Positions 37,741 to 50,653 of a stretch of 64,000 bases of DNA are shown in pieces. Both the position numbers and the translations under genes were made by a program. Position 1 is the first letter of the stretch, and the number at the start of each line of letters is the position of its first letter. The DNA comes from Chiloscyllium plagiosum (Eukaryota). The DNA is taken from the NCBI RefSeq assembly GCF_004010195.1, contig NC_057718.1:59507622-59571621 (forward strand), given 5' to 3'. The notes beneath the pieces were generated by a model. That model was not told the origin of the DNA and made no database searches. It worked only from the letters and a program-made list of their open reading frames with translations.

Positions 37741-40561
37741 TTGTATGCATCTGATTAAGCATGAGAGTAAATATTGCTCAAAACTAAAGGAGTGTCCATT
37801 TTGATGAGTCACTTCAAGATTGACTTTATACTAAAACACGCTTTTGGGAAATGCTCCTCAATGTTATCAAAAGTAAAATACACTGTGTTTGGATAGAAGG
37901 TGAGGGGAATACAAGGTCTATCACTCTCCACTGTTTGTGACATTACAGGTTAACAAGTCCTCCTTTACTAATGTTGTTAAGTTCAACAAATACTATTGCA
38001 ATCTCTGATGAGCTAAATACAAAATACAGCCTGTCTAGGCAGAGTAAGAAGTTAAGGAGGTGATCCCATGATTTGCATCACAATGATTAGATACTGTTGA
38101 AAAGTCGAGAAGCGGACAATAATCAAAACAAACTCATTTTTCATAATAAGGGTTTTTTTTTTTAGCAATAGATGGTTTCATTTATTAACTTCTTAGTATT
38201 GTAGAGGTTTTGAAGTGAAATCTTAACTGAAATACAGGGTAGATTTTAATTTCGAGTGGATTGCCAGCTGAAAATTGTCTGGTACTCTGGTCCATTTCTC
38301 TCCTATTACAATGGGACTGTTGCCTACTGAAGATTCAATCGCTCTTAACCTACCAGATTCATATGTGATGTGTGACGGTGAATTTTAGCATGATCCTGCA
38401 GTGAAGAAGGATTGAGGAGTGGAGAGCTGAGGAAACTCAACTTTCTTTGACCCACTCCAGCACCTCCTGGTCCTTGGCTTAGACATCCAATTACTTGTTG
38501 GGTCTTTTCTTCCTTGCCAACAGCTTCTGGTTGGGTTTCATCTCTGGAAATTCTGTGTCTGTTTCCCTGCTCAGGCCTGGGTTAAAATGCAATCATGGTC
38601 TCATTGAGGTCATGAAGCTCTGAACATACATTCACAGCTATGTAAGTACAATGTGTATATCTTCTGCTATGCTGGTAAAACCTGAACTCAGCGAGAACCA
38701 AAATGTGAAATGGAGCTGCTCTAATTTAACTGCTGCAAAGTTGCATTCCCTTTGAGTAAGTGGGTGACAATCACCCCCTTTTCTTCTTGCTTCTTGCACA
38801 TGTTACAGTTTCAAAAACAACAGAAGCATTTTACTGAAAATTTATTGACATTTCCTTGATATCCACTTTACAGTCATAAATAATTCTTTTCAGATTGAAA
38901 ATGGCATATCCAGCACCTGGGGGAGTGGTGGATCAGATTGCTGTTCTCTGCCAAGTTCTCAGGAAAAATAAATGTATTGGAACTTAAAGAAAATCCAATC
39001 CATCAAAGTGTTATAATATGTTCAATTTGATCCTAAATTAAAATTGATGATGTCGTCTTCTGCTTAAATGACAAAATATCTTGCAACTTCAACACCATTG
39101 CATCAAGAAAACCTTGGCACCTGATTAGAATACATACAATACAATAAATAACCCTGTGGCTTCGCCAGAAATATCCTCATTATATTCCTCTGCCCGTCAA
39201 ATGATCAATAACTTACATTCATTGGCATCAAAAAGATGTCACTTGATATTCATTTTTGCTCATACTAAGTGAGAGAATCAGACAAGCTGATCCTCAAAAT
39301 GTTGAGATAGACAGATTAATTGCAAATGATCAGGTCATGGATGAACCCCCTTCTCTATACAAACTGCAGTTAATATCCAATGTTGTCAATGGCAATTCAC
39401 AAGCAATAAGATGCTTCCTGTTGAATGGGAAAGGATTGACTGAGACACCCAGAACATTTCTGCAATTGTTGAGAAAAGATAGAAATTAATAAATCAAAGT
39501 TGTTTTATTTTGACCATGTCTGTTTGAGAATTCTTAAAGGAATAAAGTGAATGTGATAATAAATTTCTGGATAGTTTATTATTACACATCCTTCATTTTC
39601 TTTAAGAACATTGAAGGTTTTTCATTATTGATGGATAGTTAATAGCAACAGACAGAAATCTAATCCTAAAGGTCAAATTGTGTATGTCTGAAATTAATAT
39701 CATTAGTTAGTAAAAAATGGGAGCAGGGGTGGTCCATTTAGCCCATCCATTCTGTTTCACTATTCAATAAGATTATGGCTGATTGGATTGTGATTTTAAC
39801 TCAACTTTTCTGCCAATTAACTCCCACCAGTTCTTCCCTTTCCATAGGGATTTAAGACAGTTTCAGTCGGTTAAAGGTTACATTTTAATAGTAAAGACAA
39901 AATGGAACCACAGATGTACAAAGGTGAGCTAAGGGTGCAGGACCCAAGCAATCAGAATGATAGCGGTGGCCTCGGAAGAAATTCAGAAAGTGCCAGCCTA
40001 AACTGTGGGAAAACAGGAGAAAAATGGAAATTGCGATATGTAATGTTGTGAAATTTTGTAAAAAGCTGAAATATGCCTGTCTTCCAAAAAAGAGGTTTTG
40101 CACTTCATGCTGATAAAATTATGTGTCCTCGCATATGCGTGAAAATAAATTATTGCTTAATCTCTTTTTCGGGTTCCTAACAATTTATCATGTTGTATAA
40201 TTCACCCCCACACTCCATAATCTTGATTCCCTTACTGACCCTTTATATTAAGAAATATTTCACTCAGCCTTGATTGTATTCAATGAATAAGACTCCATAG
40301 CTCTCTGAGGAAGGGAATTCCTCAGCTCAGTGAACTTTCCCTTTATTGCTTCCTTTACAAGTTTGTTCCTCCTCAAATAAGGTAGCCAAAACATGTATGT
40401 AAGACTTCTGTGCTTTTACATTCCAACCCTCTTTGTAATTTACTTTCCTAATTACTAGCTGAACTTGATGCTAAGTTTTAGTGATTCATGTAGAAGGACA
40501 CTAAAATCCTATTTTAAAACCAAATATCCCAAGAAATTTCCACACTGTTGGGAAATGTGAA

Positions 40562-40685
40562 GTTAAAAATCACACAACACCAGTGCCTTGAACGCTAGTG
40601 CTTCCAAATAAAACTGTTGGACTATAACCTGGTGTTTTGTGCTTTTGAACCTTGTCCACCCCAGTCCAACACTGGCACCTCCAAA
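40562..40685. mobile_element. Tiny fold-back PLE of the 5389-6630 family
   Basis: The direct part matches 6535-6630, and the 5' ~24 bp is an inverted copy of its middle. TSD ttg(g/a)gaaat(g/a)tgaa at 40548-40561 and 40686-40699. Confidence 0.8.
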
Positions 40686-42401
40686 TTGAGAAATATGAAA
40701 GCATTTACTAGCATTTTCAAGACTACTGGAATCAGGTAATTAATTACTATGAGCTACTCTCACTTATTTTCAAATCTACTAGAGAATAAAAGCAGATACC
40801 TAAATTGAAATGGCTGAAACATTAAATAGTAGATCAATCTTTGAAGCTGAGTATGCAGAGCATGACTAACCATATCTACAATACTTTTAGTAACATTTGG
40901 AAAATAAAGAGCTGGATTTGATATTGGAGTAAGGTTCCATGCTAAGAGCTATTCAGAAACACAAAAGTATAGGTTTCCCAAGTGCTCCTCCCTTTTTCAC
41001 TGCTGGGCTCCTTTCTGTCACATTCACACCCAGAGTGAAGTTGTTTTCCAGCAATTTTAGGAGTAAGGTAAGCTGGGGCAGTGGAGGAGTCCAATCACAT
41101 TCGGTGAGGCTGCCTGAGTTTGAGTAGAGACTCTCTAACACTATTGAGTGAGTGCTGATTAGCCAGATCGATGTTTGACGGTTATCAGACTTGATGATGT
41201 TGGGTTGTTCAATGGCTTTGAGAGGGAAGCAAGTGTGTCACGTATTTACCAGGTAGTCTTTTAGAACATAGAGGGAACAGGCCTGCTATTGTTGATATGT
41301 ACTCTGAAGAGTACTACTCATGACACCTCTTGCAGCTTCCGAGACCTGGGATAATTTTTACTTCATTTATTCACTGAATGTGGATGTCATGGCTGGGCCA
41401 ACATCTATTGCCCATCTCTAGTTGCCTGTAAGAAGGTGGTGGTGAACTGCCTTCTTGAACTGCTGTAGTCCATATGCAGTAAGTAGACCCATTATGTCAC
41501 CAGAGATGGAATTCCAAAACACTTAGGAATGGCGATATATTTCCAAGTCAGGATAATGCGTGGCTTCGTGCTGCCGTGACAATATATCTGCTGTCCTTTT
41601 CCTTATAGATGGAAGTCATTATAGGTTTGGAAGATGCTGTCTAAGAATCTTTAGTGAATTTCTATAGTGCATCTTGTAGATGTTACACACTGTTGCCACT
41701 GCGTATGAGTGGTAGAGGGAGTGAATGTTTGTGAATGTGGAGGGATTCAAATGAGCTGCTTTGATCTGAATGGTGTCAAGTTGGAGTGTTGCTGGAGCTG
41801 CACTCAACCAGGTAAGCAGGGAATATTCCATCACATTCTTGGCTTACATTTTGTACATGGGTGGACAGGCTTTGGGGAGTCAGGAGATGAGTTACTCGCT
41901 GCTAGATTCCTCACTTTTGATCTGCTCTTGTAGCCACTGTATTTATATGGCTGGCCTGGTTCAGTTTCTAGTCAATGGTAACTCCCTGAGAGTGAGAATT
42001 CAGTGGTGGTAATGCCATTAAATTAAATATCAAAGGATGATGGTTATATTCTCTCTTGCTGACAATGGTCATTACCTGGCATTAATGTGGTACAAATGTT
42101 ACTTTCCACTTTTCAGAACAAACCTGGATATTCTCCGGATCTTGCTGCATTTAGACATGGACTGCATCAGTATCCTAGGAATTGTGAAAGGTGCTGAACA
42201 TTGTGTAATCATCAACAAACTATCACACTTCTGACCTTATGTTGGGGGGAAGATCATTGATGAAACAACCGAAGATGGAGAAACTTCTGCAAAGACATCC
42301 TGGAGCTGAGTTGATTACCTCCAACAACCATGCCCATCTTCCTATGTGTCAATTATGATTCCATCTAGCAGAAAGTTTTCGTCTTTATTCTGATTGGCTT
42401 C

Positions 42402-43213
42402 ATAGAGTTACAGAGTCATAATGTCATACAGCATGGAAACACATCCTTCAGTCTAACTAGTATATGCTGACCATAATCCCACCCTAAACTAGTCTCACAT
42501 GCCTGCACTTGGCTGATATCCCTCTAAACCTTTCTTATTCATGTTCTCATTCAAATGTCTTTTAAACATTTTAATTATACCCACATCCACCACTTCCTCT
42601 GTAAGTTCATTCCCTGTGTAAAATAATTGCCTCTCACTTCCATTCTAAATCTTTCTCCTCTCACCTTAAAAGTACACCCACTAGTCTTGAAATCCGCCAC
42701 CATAGGGAATAGACACCTGCCATTCACCTTATCTATACCCCTCATTACTTTAAACATCTTTATAAGGTCACCCTTCAACCTCCCATGCTCCAGTGAAAAA
42801 AGTCCCAGCCTATCCTTATCACTTAAATCCTCCATTTCTGGCAACATTCTGGTAAATATTTTCTCTCCCCTCTCCAATTTAATAATATCCTTCTTATTAA
42901 CAGAGTGATCAGAACTGGACACAGTACTGTAGAAGAGGCTTCACCAATATCCTGTACAACCTCAACATGACTTCCCAACTCCTACACTCAAAGGTCTGAG
43001 CAATGGAAGCATTCATGCATAAGTCTTCATAACTAACCTGTCAACTTGTGATGCAATTTTCAAAAGATTATGTACTTGAATCCCTAGTCTCTCTGATGCT
43101 ACCCAAGGGCATACTTTTAATTGTATAAACCTTGCCCTTCTTTATTTTACCAAAATGCAATATCTCATGTTTATCCAAATTAAACTCCACCTGCCACTTC
43201 CCAGCCCATTGAC
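42402..43213 (-). mobile_element. CR1 3' fragment inserted in the family B LINE
   Basis: KDIIKLERGEKIFTRMLPEM..RLKGDLIKMFKVMRG and a CTCTATG-type tail. Confidence 0.9.
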
Positions 43214-44207
43214 CAGCTAGGACTCCTTGATGCCACACTCGGTCAAAGGCAGTCACTCGTATCTCACCTCTGGAATTCAGCACTTTTGTCCATGTTTGAA
43301 CCAAGACTGGTATCTGTGAGAGTGGCCCTCTGGAGAAGACCAAGATGGTTAATCCACTTGGAACTTCCTGCTTGTAATTTTTCAATCTTGTCTAATGTGC
43401 TGTGCTCCCCCATCATTTTGGATGGGGATATTTGTGGAACCTACTCCTCCAGTGAGTTCTTTAATTGTCCATCACAATTCATGACTGGATGTGGCAGGCC
43501 TGCAGAGCTTAATCTCATAATTGTTTCTAGAGTCACTTAGCTCCATCTATCAATTGCTGCTTATGTTGCTTGGCACGCAAGTAATCCATATTGTAACTCG
43601 ACCAGGTTGACACCTCATTTTTGGGTTTGCCTAGTGTTGCTCATGGCATGCACTCCTGCACTCTTTGTTGAACCAGGGCTTATCCATTCGCTTGATGGTA
43701 ATGGTGAAGTGGGGTATATGCAGGTCCACAAGGTTGCAAATTGTGTTGAAGTACAATTCTGCTGTTGCTGATGGTCCACAGCACCTCATGGAGGCCTGGT
43801 CTCAAGTTATTAGGTCTGTTTGAAGTTTGCCCCATTTAGTATGGGATAGAATTAGAATTAGAATTAGGTTTATTGTCACCTATACTCATGTGAAAAGTAC
43901 AGCAGTACAGTGAAATGTGTACCATGTTGCCACACAAGGTGCCACCTTGGGTACAAAGTTCCGAGGTACAGATCTTAATAAAATAGATTAAGCACAAAAG
44001 TAGAGAAATAAAGAGAAAAGCTATAACTTCCACATAACAGTTCTTCATAGTATAAATTAGGAAGATAAAGAAATACAAGTTAAAAGATAAATGTTACAGT
44101 TCTTCCACAAGGTAAAAACAATGACTGCAGATGCTAGAAACCAGATTCAGGATTAGAGTGGTGCTGGAAAAGCACAACAGTTCAGGCAGCATCTGAGGAC
44201 CAGGGAA

Positions 44208-44241
44208 ATCAACGTTTCGGGCAAAAGCCCTTCATCAGGAA
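44208..44241 (-). ncRNA. Minimal hammerhead ribozyme motif
   Basis: TTC-CTGATGA-A-GGGC-tttt-GCCC-GAA-ACGT-T-GAT on the minus strand. Confidence 0.75.
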
Positions 44242-45582
44242 AGAGGCAGAGTGCCTGAAGGGTGGAGAGATAAATGAGAGGATGGTGAGGATGAAGGTGA
44301 TAGGTCAGGGAGGAGGGTGGGGGAAGGTAGCAAAAAGGCGTTCTTCCTCCAGGCGTTTGGTGGTGAGGGAGTGGCGGTGAAGGATGCCCAGGACCTCCAT
44401 GTCCTTGGAAGAATGGGAGGGGGACTTGAAATGTTGGGCCACAGGGCGGTGTGGTTGATTGGTGCAGGTGTCCCAGAGATGTTCCCTAAAAGCACTCGCT
44501 AGGAGGCGTCCAGTCTCCCCAATGTAGAGGAGACTGCATCGGGAGCAATGGATAAAATAAATGACATTGGTGGATGTGCAGATAAAACTTTGATGGATGT
44601 GGAAGGCTCCTTTGGGGCCTTAGATGGAGGTGAGAGAGGAGGTGTGGGCGCAGGTTTTTCAATTCCCCTGTGGTGGCAGGGGAAGGTGCCAAGATGGGAG
44701 GGTGGGTTGTAGGGGGTGTGGACCTGACCAGGTAGTCATGGAGGGAACGATCTTTGTGGAAGGTGGAAAAGGGTGGGGAGGGAAATATATCCCTGGTGGT
44801 GGGTCCATTTGGAGGTGGCAGAAATGTCATCGGATGATTTGGTTTATGCAAAGGTTGGTAGGGTGGAAGGTGAGCACCCGGGGCATTCTGTCCTTGTTAC
44901 GATTGGAGGGGTGGGCTCTGAGAGCGGAGGTGTGGGATGTGGATGAGATGTGTTGGAGGACATCTTTAACCACGTGGGAAGGAAAATTGCGGTTTCTAAA
45001 GAAGGAGGCCATCTGGTGTGTTCTGTGGTGGAACTGGTCCTCCTGGGAGCAGATACGGCGGAGGCAGAGGAATTGCGAATACGGGATGGCATTTCTGCAG
45101 GAGATAGGGTGAGAAGAGGTGTAATCCAGGTAGGTATGGGAGTCGGTGGGTTTGTAAAAACTGTTGGTGTCAAGTCAGTCGTCATTAATGGAGATGGAGA
45201 GGTCCAGGAAGGGGAGGGAGGTGTCAGAGATGGTCCAGGATTTAAGGTCAGAGTGGAATGTCAGGGTCAGGGTCTGACGCCTGGAGGAAGAACGCCCCAT
45301 CTTCTGCCTCGGAACACTTCAACCCCAGGGCATCAATGTGGACTTCAGCAGTTTCCTCATTTCCCCTTCCCCCGCCTCACCCCAGTTCCAAACTTCCAGC
45401 TCAGCACCGTCCCCATGGCTTGTCCTACCTGCCTATCTTCCTTTCCACCTATCCACTCCACCCTCCTCTCTGACCTATCACCTTCATCCCCACCCCCATT
45501 CACCTATTGTACTCTATGCTATGTTCTCCCCACCCCCACCCTCCTCTCATTTATCTCTCCACCCTTCAGACACTCTGCCTCT

Positions 45583-45616
45583 TTCCTGATGAAGGGCTTT
45601 TGTCTGAAACGTCGAT
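45583..45616 (+). ncRNA. Minimal hammerhead ribozyme motif
   Basis: TTC-CTGATGA-A-GGGC-tttt-GTCT-GAA-ACGT-C-GAT. GUC triplet; stem II has two G-U pairs. Confidence 0.7.
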
Positions 45617-45872
45617 TTCCCTGCTCCTCAGGTGCTGCCTGAACTGCTGTGCTTTTCCAGCACCACTCTAACCCAGAATACAGTTCTTCCACAGTCTGCC
45701 GTCTCTCCACGCTGTCGACTTCCCACAAATGATCTCACTGTCACCACACTGCTGGGTTTGAGATCTCTGACAGGCTGACTCATACAAGGCTTCTGTCTAT
45801 TGGGGAAACCCTCTGGATCACAAAACCACTGGCCGCTCTCCTCCAGACATGTGACCTCTGGCTGCTCCACTT

Positions 45873-46204
45873 GGCTTGGGCCTACCGACCGCTGGCTGAC
45901 CCACTCAGCTCAGGCCTACTGACCGCTGGCTGACCCACTCGGCTCAGGCCTACCGACCGCTGGCTGACCAGCATGGCTCGGTCCTCCCGACTGCTGGTCA
46001 TTCGGCTCGGCTCAGGTCTACCGACTGCTGGCTAACCCGCTCAGTTCAGGCCTACCGATCGCTGGCTAACCCGCTTGGCTCGGGTCTCCTGATAGCTGGT
46101 CATTCTGCACGACTCAGGTGGACCGACTGCTGGCTAACCCGCTCGGTTCAGGCCTACCGATTGCTGGCCATCCCACTTGGCCCTGGCCTGCCAACTGTCT
46201 GGCT
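45873..46204. repeat. 34-bp GC/CpG-rich minisatellite, about 9.7 copies
   Basis: Unit is approximately ggctcaggcctaccgaccgctggctgacccactc. Exact 34-bp phasing runs from 45873 to 46179. Confidence 0.95.
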
Positions 46205-46946
46205 GTAGGCCCTCATCTACTGCAGCATTGTCCCTCTTTTCACAAGACAAGGTACGATAAAAAAGGAAACAATAAGAAGGAAAGGAACAAAGAGAAAAAA
46301 GGAGAAACAGATGGAAAGGACAAGACCCAGGCTAAGCCTGGACACTGCCTCCTCCGTGGCCACAGTCTTAAAAAATAATGCTATACAACACAATGTAAGG
46401 CATTTGCAGTGGACTGCGTGATTGTCAATCTTATTCATACTGTCATAGGCAGATGCATCTGTTGCAGGCAGATTGGACAGAATGATGCCAAATATGGTTT
46501 TCCCTCCAGTTGACTTCCTCACCACCTGCCACAGACTCAATCCAGTAGCTAGCTCCTTTAGGACTCAACCAGCTCGATCCGAAGTACAGCTGCCAAGCTA
46601 CTGCTGGTCATTTGCTTGGCCAAAAGTAGTTGAAAATGACAGACAGTCAGCCTCATTGACATATTTAAATGAGCAATTCACCCCATCTATTGCAGACCTG
46701 ACTTTTGTCCAATCCCAGTAGCAATCACTAACTTGGCTGGAGGTGGCAACACAAATTCAGGCTTCATGAGGTGGTTAACAGGGTAATGCATGGCAAGCCC
46801 TCACCCTAGGAAAACCTAACAGAGAGCTCTCGCAGGAGAGCCTGGCCCCAAGGTGTCAACCTCTTATTGGCCTGCCTGGGTACTCAGCAAGTCATACCTG
46901 CTGGGAGTGTCCCCACAGCTCCTTCGCTCAAATCACAGATTAAAGT

Positions 46947-47148
46947 AGGAGAAAGTGAGGACTACAGATACAGAGATCAAATTCAAAGAGTGTAGTGCTG
47001 AAAAAGTACAGCTGATCAGGCAGCATCTGCAGAGCAGGAGAATCAGCATTTTGAGCATTGTCCTGATGAAAAGCTTATGCTTGAAACATTGATTCACCTG
47101 CCCCTCGGATGCTACCTGACTGGCTGTGCTTTTCCAACACACTTCAAC
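46947..47148. mobile_element. 202-bp fold-back PLE pLTR insertion
   Basis: Two diverged inverted arms. HHR-like CTGATGA-A-AAGC-ttat-GCTT-GAAA at 47063-47086. Perfect TSD tcacagattaaagt at 46933-46946 and 47149-47162. Confidence 0.88.
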
Positions 47149-47219
47149 TCACAGATTAAAGTGACAGACCAGGTACTGACAACACGATTGCAATACAAAT
47201 GATTTATTCCGACTTGCAG

Positions 47220-49050
47220 TTATAAGAGTTATAGAGATGTATAGCACAGAAACAGAGCCTTCGGTCCAACTCGTCCATGCTGATCAGATATCCCAAACCA
47301 AATCTAGTCCCACCTGTCAGCACCCAGCCCATATCCCTCCAAATCCTTCCTATTCATATACCCATCCAATTGTACCAGCCTCCACAATATCCTCTGGCAG
47401 CTCATTCCGTATACGTACCACCCTCTGCGTGAAAAAGTTTCCCTTACGTTTCTTTTATATCTTTCCCCTCTCACCCTAAACCTATGCCCTCTAGTTCTGG
47501 ACTCCCCAACCCCAGGGAAAAGACTTTGTCTATTTATCTTATCCATGCCCCTCATGATTTTATAAACCTCTGTAAGGTCACCCCTCAGCCTCTGATGCTC
47601 CAGGGAAAACAGCCCCAGCCTGTTGAGCCTCTCCCTTTGGCTCAAATCCTCCAACTCTGGCAACATCCTTGTGAATCTTTTCTGAACCCTTTCAAGTTTT
47701 GCAATAACTTTCCGATTGGAAGAAGACCAGAATTGCACATAATATTCCAAAACTGGCCTAACCAATGTCCTGTACACTTGCAACATGACCTCCCAACTCC
47801 TGTATTCAATACTCTGACCAATAAAGAAAAGCATTCCAAATGCCATCTTCATTATCCTATCTACTTATGACTCCACTTTCAAGGAGCTATGAACCTGCAT
47901 TCCAAGGTCTCTTCGTTCAGCAACACTCCCGAAGACCTTATCATTAAGTGTATAGCTCCTGCTAAGATTCGCATTTATCTAAATTAAACTCCATCTACCA
48001 TTCCTAAGCCCATTGACCCATCTGATCAAGATCCCATTGTAATCTGAGGTAATCTACTTTGCTGTCCACTACACCTCCAATTTTGGTGTCATCTGCAAAC
48101 TTACTAACTATACCTCTTATGCTCACATCCAAATCATTCATATAAATGATGAAAAGCAATGGACCCAGTACCTCCACCACCACCCTCTGTCTTCTACCTT
48201 TGAGCCAGTTCTGAATCCAAATGGCTAGTTCTCCGAGATCTAACCTTGCTAACCAGTCTCCCATGGGGAACCTTATCAAATGCCTTACTGAGGTCCACGT
48301 AGATCATGTCCGCTACTCTGCCCTCATCAATCCTCTGTTACATCTTCAAAAAATTGAATCAAGTTTGTGAGACATGATTTCCCATGCACAAAGCCATGTT
48401 GACTTTCTCTAATCAGTCCTTGTCTATGCAAATACATGTACATCCTGTCCTTCAGGATTCCCTCCAACAACTTGCCCACCACCGACGTCAGGCTCACCCA
48501 TCTATAGTTCCCTGGCTTGTCCTTACCACCTTCCTTAAGTAGTGGCACAACATTGGCCAACCTCCAGTCTTTCGGCACCTCACGATTGATGATTCAAATA
48601 TCTCAACAGGGGGCCCAGCAATCACTTCCCTAGCTTCTTACAGAGTTCTAAGGGTGCATCTAATCAGGTCCTGGGGATTTATCCACTTTGATGCATTTTA
48701 AGACATCCAGCGCTTCCTCCTCTGTAATATGGACATTTTTCAAGATGTCACTATCTATTTCTTTCCATTCTATATCCTTTTCCACAGTAAACACTGATAC
48801 AAAATACTCCTTTAGTATCTCCCCCATTTCATGTGGCTTCACACAAAGGTCGCCTTGCTGATCTTTGAGGGGCCCTATTCTCTCCCTAGTTACCCTTTTG
48901 TCCTTAATACAATTGTAAAAACTCTTTGGATCCTCCTTAACTCTACTTGCCAAAGCTATCTCATGTCCCCTTTTTGTCTTCCTGATTTTCCTCTTAGGTA
49001 AACTCCTACTGCCTTTATAATCTTCTGAGGATTCACTCGATCTAATTGCT
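47220..49050 (-). mobile_element. 5'-truncated CR1 (most of the RT)
   Basis: ORFs 48660-48953, 48327-48578, 48004-48279 (FADDTKIGG) and 47304-47852. Confidence 0.95.
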
Positions 49051-50438
49051 TAAAACTACATTTGGAAATGGTGATGGTACATTTCCATTTTGATTTTAAT
49101 TGTTCACCCATATGGAGACGGTGGGGAGGCCAGTTAAAATGAAGGTCACTTGTTAAGGCAGGAGAGAGAGGTACTAAGACCAAGTCCTGTGTTCATATTA
49201 TTGCTTGGGGAGATATATCCAATTCTTTATAGTGTTACATTATGGTATGTCTTTTACAATTAAAATAAGTAAAGGAATGAGGGTTTTCATTCAATTAACT
49301 GTTAAGTAAGACATTGCATCTATGTCTATTTTTGGCTTTTCTGATCTACTGGATGTGTCAGTTAGAGTAATATAATGCTACAGTAAGTGAGCATCATTTG
49401 AACCAGGGAAAGTGGCGGACTGGTGTTCCTTGGGGATCAGTCCTTGGACGGATAATTCTTCCAGTTTGCCTGCTTATTGGAGGTTGATAGAATTCAAAGG
49501 GATCTAGAGAGAATCAGCAGTTGTGCTAATGAGTACAGAACCATCTAGGGACTGCGGCCTGATGCAGGGAAAATCTGCAAAGAATGCAGAATATCTCAAA
49601 AAAAAGATTAAAAAGAACATTTTGCTCAGTTAATCACTAATCAATAAACACAATTTTCTAACTGCAGTTTCACTAATAACTTAGATGGAGTCGAATGCCA
49701 TATTTTTGTGCAAGTGCTCTATAGTTCTGGTAATGCATACTTAGTCTTCTAGCGAGAACATGGAACATAAGATTGCATTAATTCCTTCTTATTTAACAGG
49801 GAATATGCACTTTGAAAAGTGCTTTCATCTTGATGATTATCAAGGCAGGAATTGAACTCCTGGAGAGGAAGCTGTTGGACTGAGCAGTCTAACAACTGGA
49901 AAGTTGCTCTGGGAGACCTGGCCCAGTTTAACTGTTGGGTGTCACCAACAGTGCATTGCCAGGTGCCCACCTGAGCTGGCGATGAGAGACAGCTCATCAA
50001 CATTTGGCCAGCAAAGTCTCTGTAACCTACAGGTCTCTGGAGCAGCAGCCAGCTAAGTCACATGACAATGGGCTAAGGTGGGATTTAGGGACATTTCTTC
50101 AGTGAGACTAGGAAGCTCCTTAACCACTTCACCAATTCATAGAGGGCAGGCAAGCCTCCACCCTCACAGACCTATTTGTATAGAAGCAGGAAAGTGGTCA
50201 CTTGTCATCCACTCCATTGATTAGATTCTCCACCCCACCACCCCTGCCCCCAGGCACCAGTGCACACTTTTGCATTGAATACAACTTAGTCACATCTAAT
50301 ATTTTACAACTCCAACCACAATGAATTTCAAGTTGACATTCAGCACTATCAGAACTTGAATGAGCTGCCAGCCCAGAGACAGTGTAAACTCCACTAGGCT
50401 ATCCTGATTTACAGGAAGAAGCTCATAATGTTTTGTAG

Positions 50439-50653
50439 CTGAAAATGTGTTGCTGGAAAAGCGCAGCAGGTCAGGCAGCATCCAGGGAACAGGAGAATCG
50501 ACGTTTTGGGCATAAGCCCTTCTTCAGGAATGAAGAAGGGCTTATGCCCGAAACGTCGATTCTCCTGTTCCCTGGATGCTGCCTGACCTGCTGCGCTTTT
50601 CCAGCAACACATTTTCAGCTCTGATCTCCAGCATCTGCAGACCTCACTTTCTC
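50439..50653. mobile_element. Young fold-back PLE pLTR insertion: 90-bp palindrome arms with hammerhead-derived cores
   Basis: Arms 50437-50526 and 50531-50620 are 89/90 complementary with a GGAA loop. 17-bp direct repeat ctcataatgttttgtag at 50422-50438 and 50654-50670. Confidence 0.95.

Larger units (their letters stand above)
44110..45678 (-). mobile_element. Penelope-like element with inverted pLTR and two hammerheads
   Basis: RT thumb (YKPTDSHTYLDYTSSHP..AIPYSQFLCLRRICS) and GIY-YIG (LLYIGETGR..REH) on the minus strand. Inverted piece at about 45270-45678. Perfect 15-bp TSD tacagttcttccaca at 44095-44109 and 45679-45693. Confidence 0.95.
43848..46370 (-). mobile_element. Non-autonomous retroelement containing a 34-bp minisatellite and hosting a PLE
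   Basis: (TAATTC)n tail and gtgacaataaa 3' end. 43870-44109 is the antisense homolog of about 8870-9100. The host LINE resumes at about 46375. Confidence 0.65.
41370..46610 (-). mobile_element. Old CR1/L2-group LINE (family B) broken by nested insertions
   Basis: 3' end at about 41370, homologous to 55000-55320. LVQTWTKVLNSRGEIRVTAFDRVWHQG near 43230-43300. Endonuclease remnant at 46390-46610. Confidence 0.8.

Noticed and set aside
44950..45642. 230-aa ORF
   Set aside because: It reads antisense through the PLE RT and across the inversion junction, with no coherent domain.
45873..46204. CRISPR-like regular repeats
   Set aside because: The units are contiguous with no unique spacers, there are no cas genes, and the context is vertebrate.
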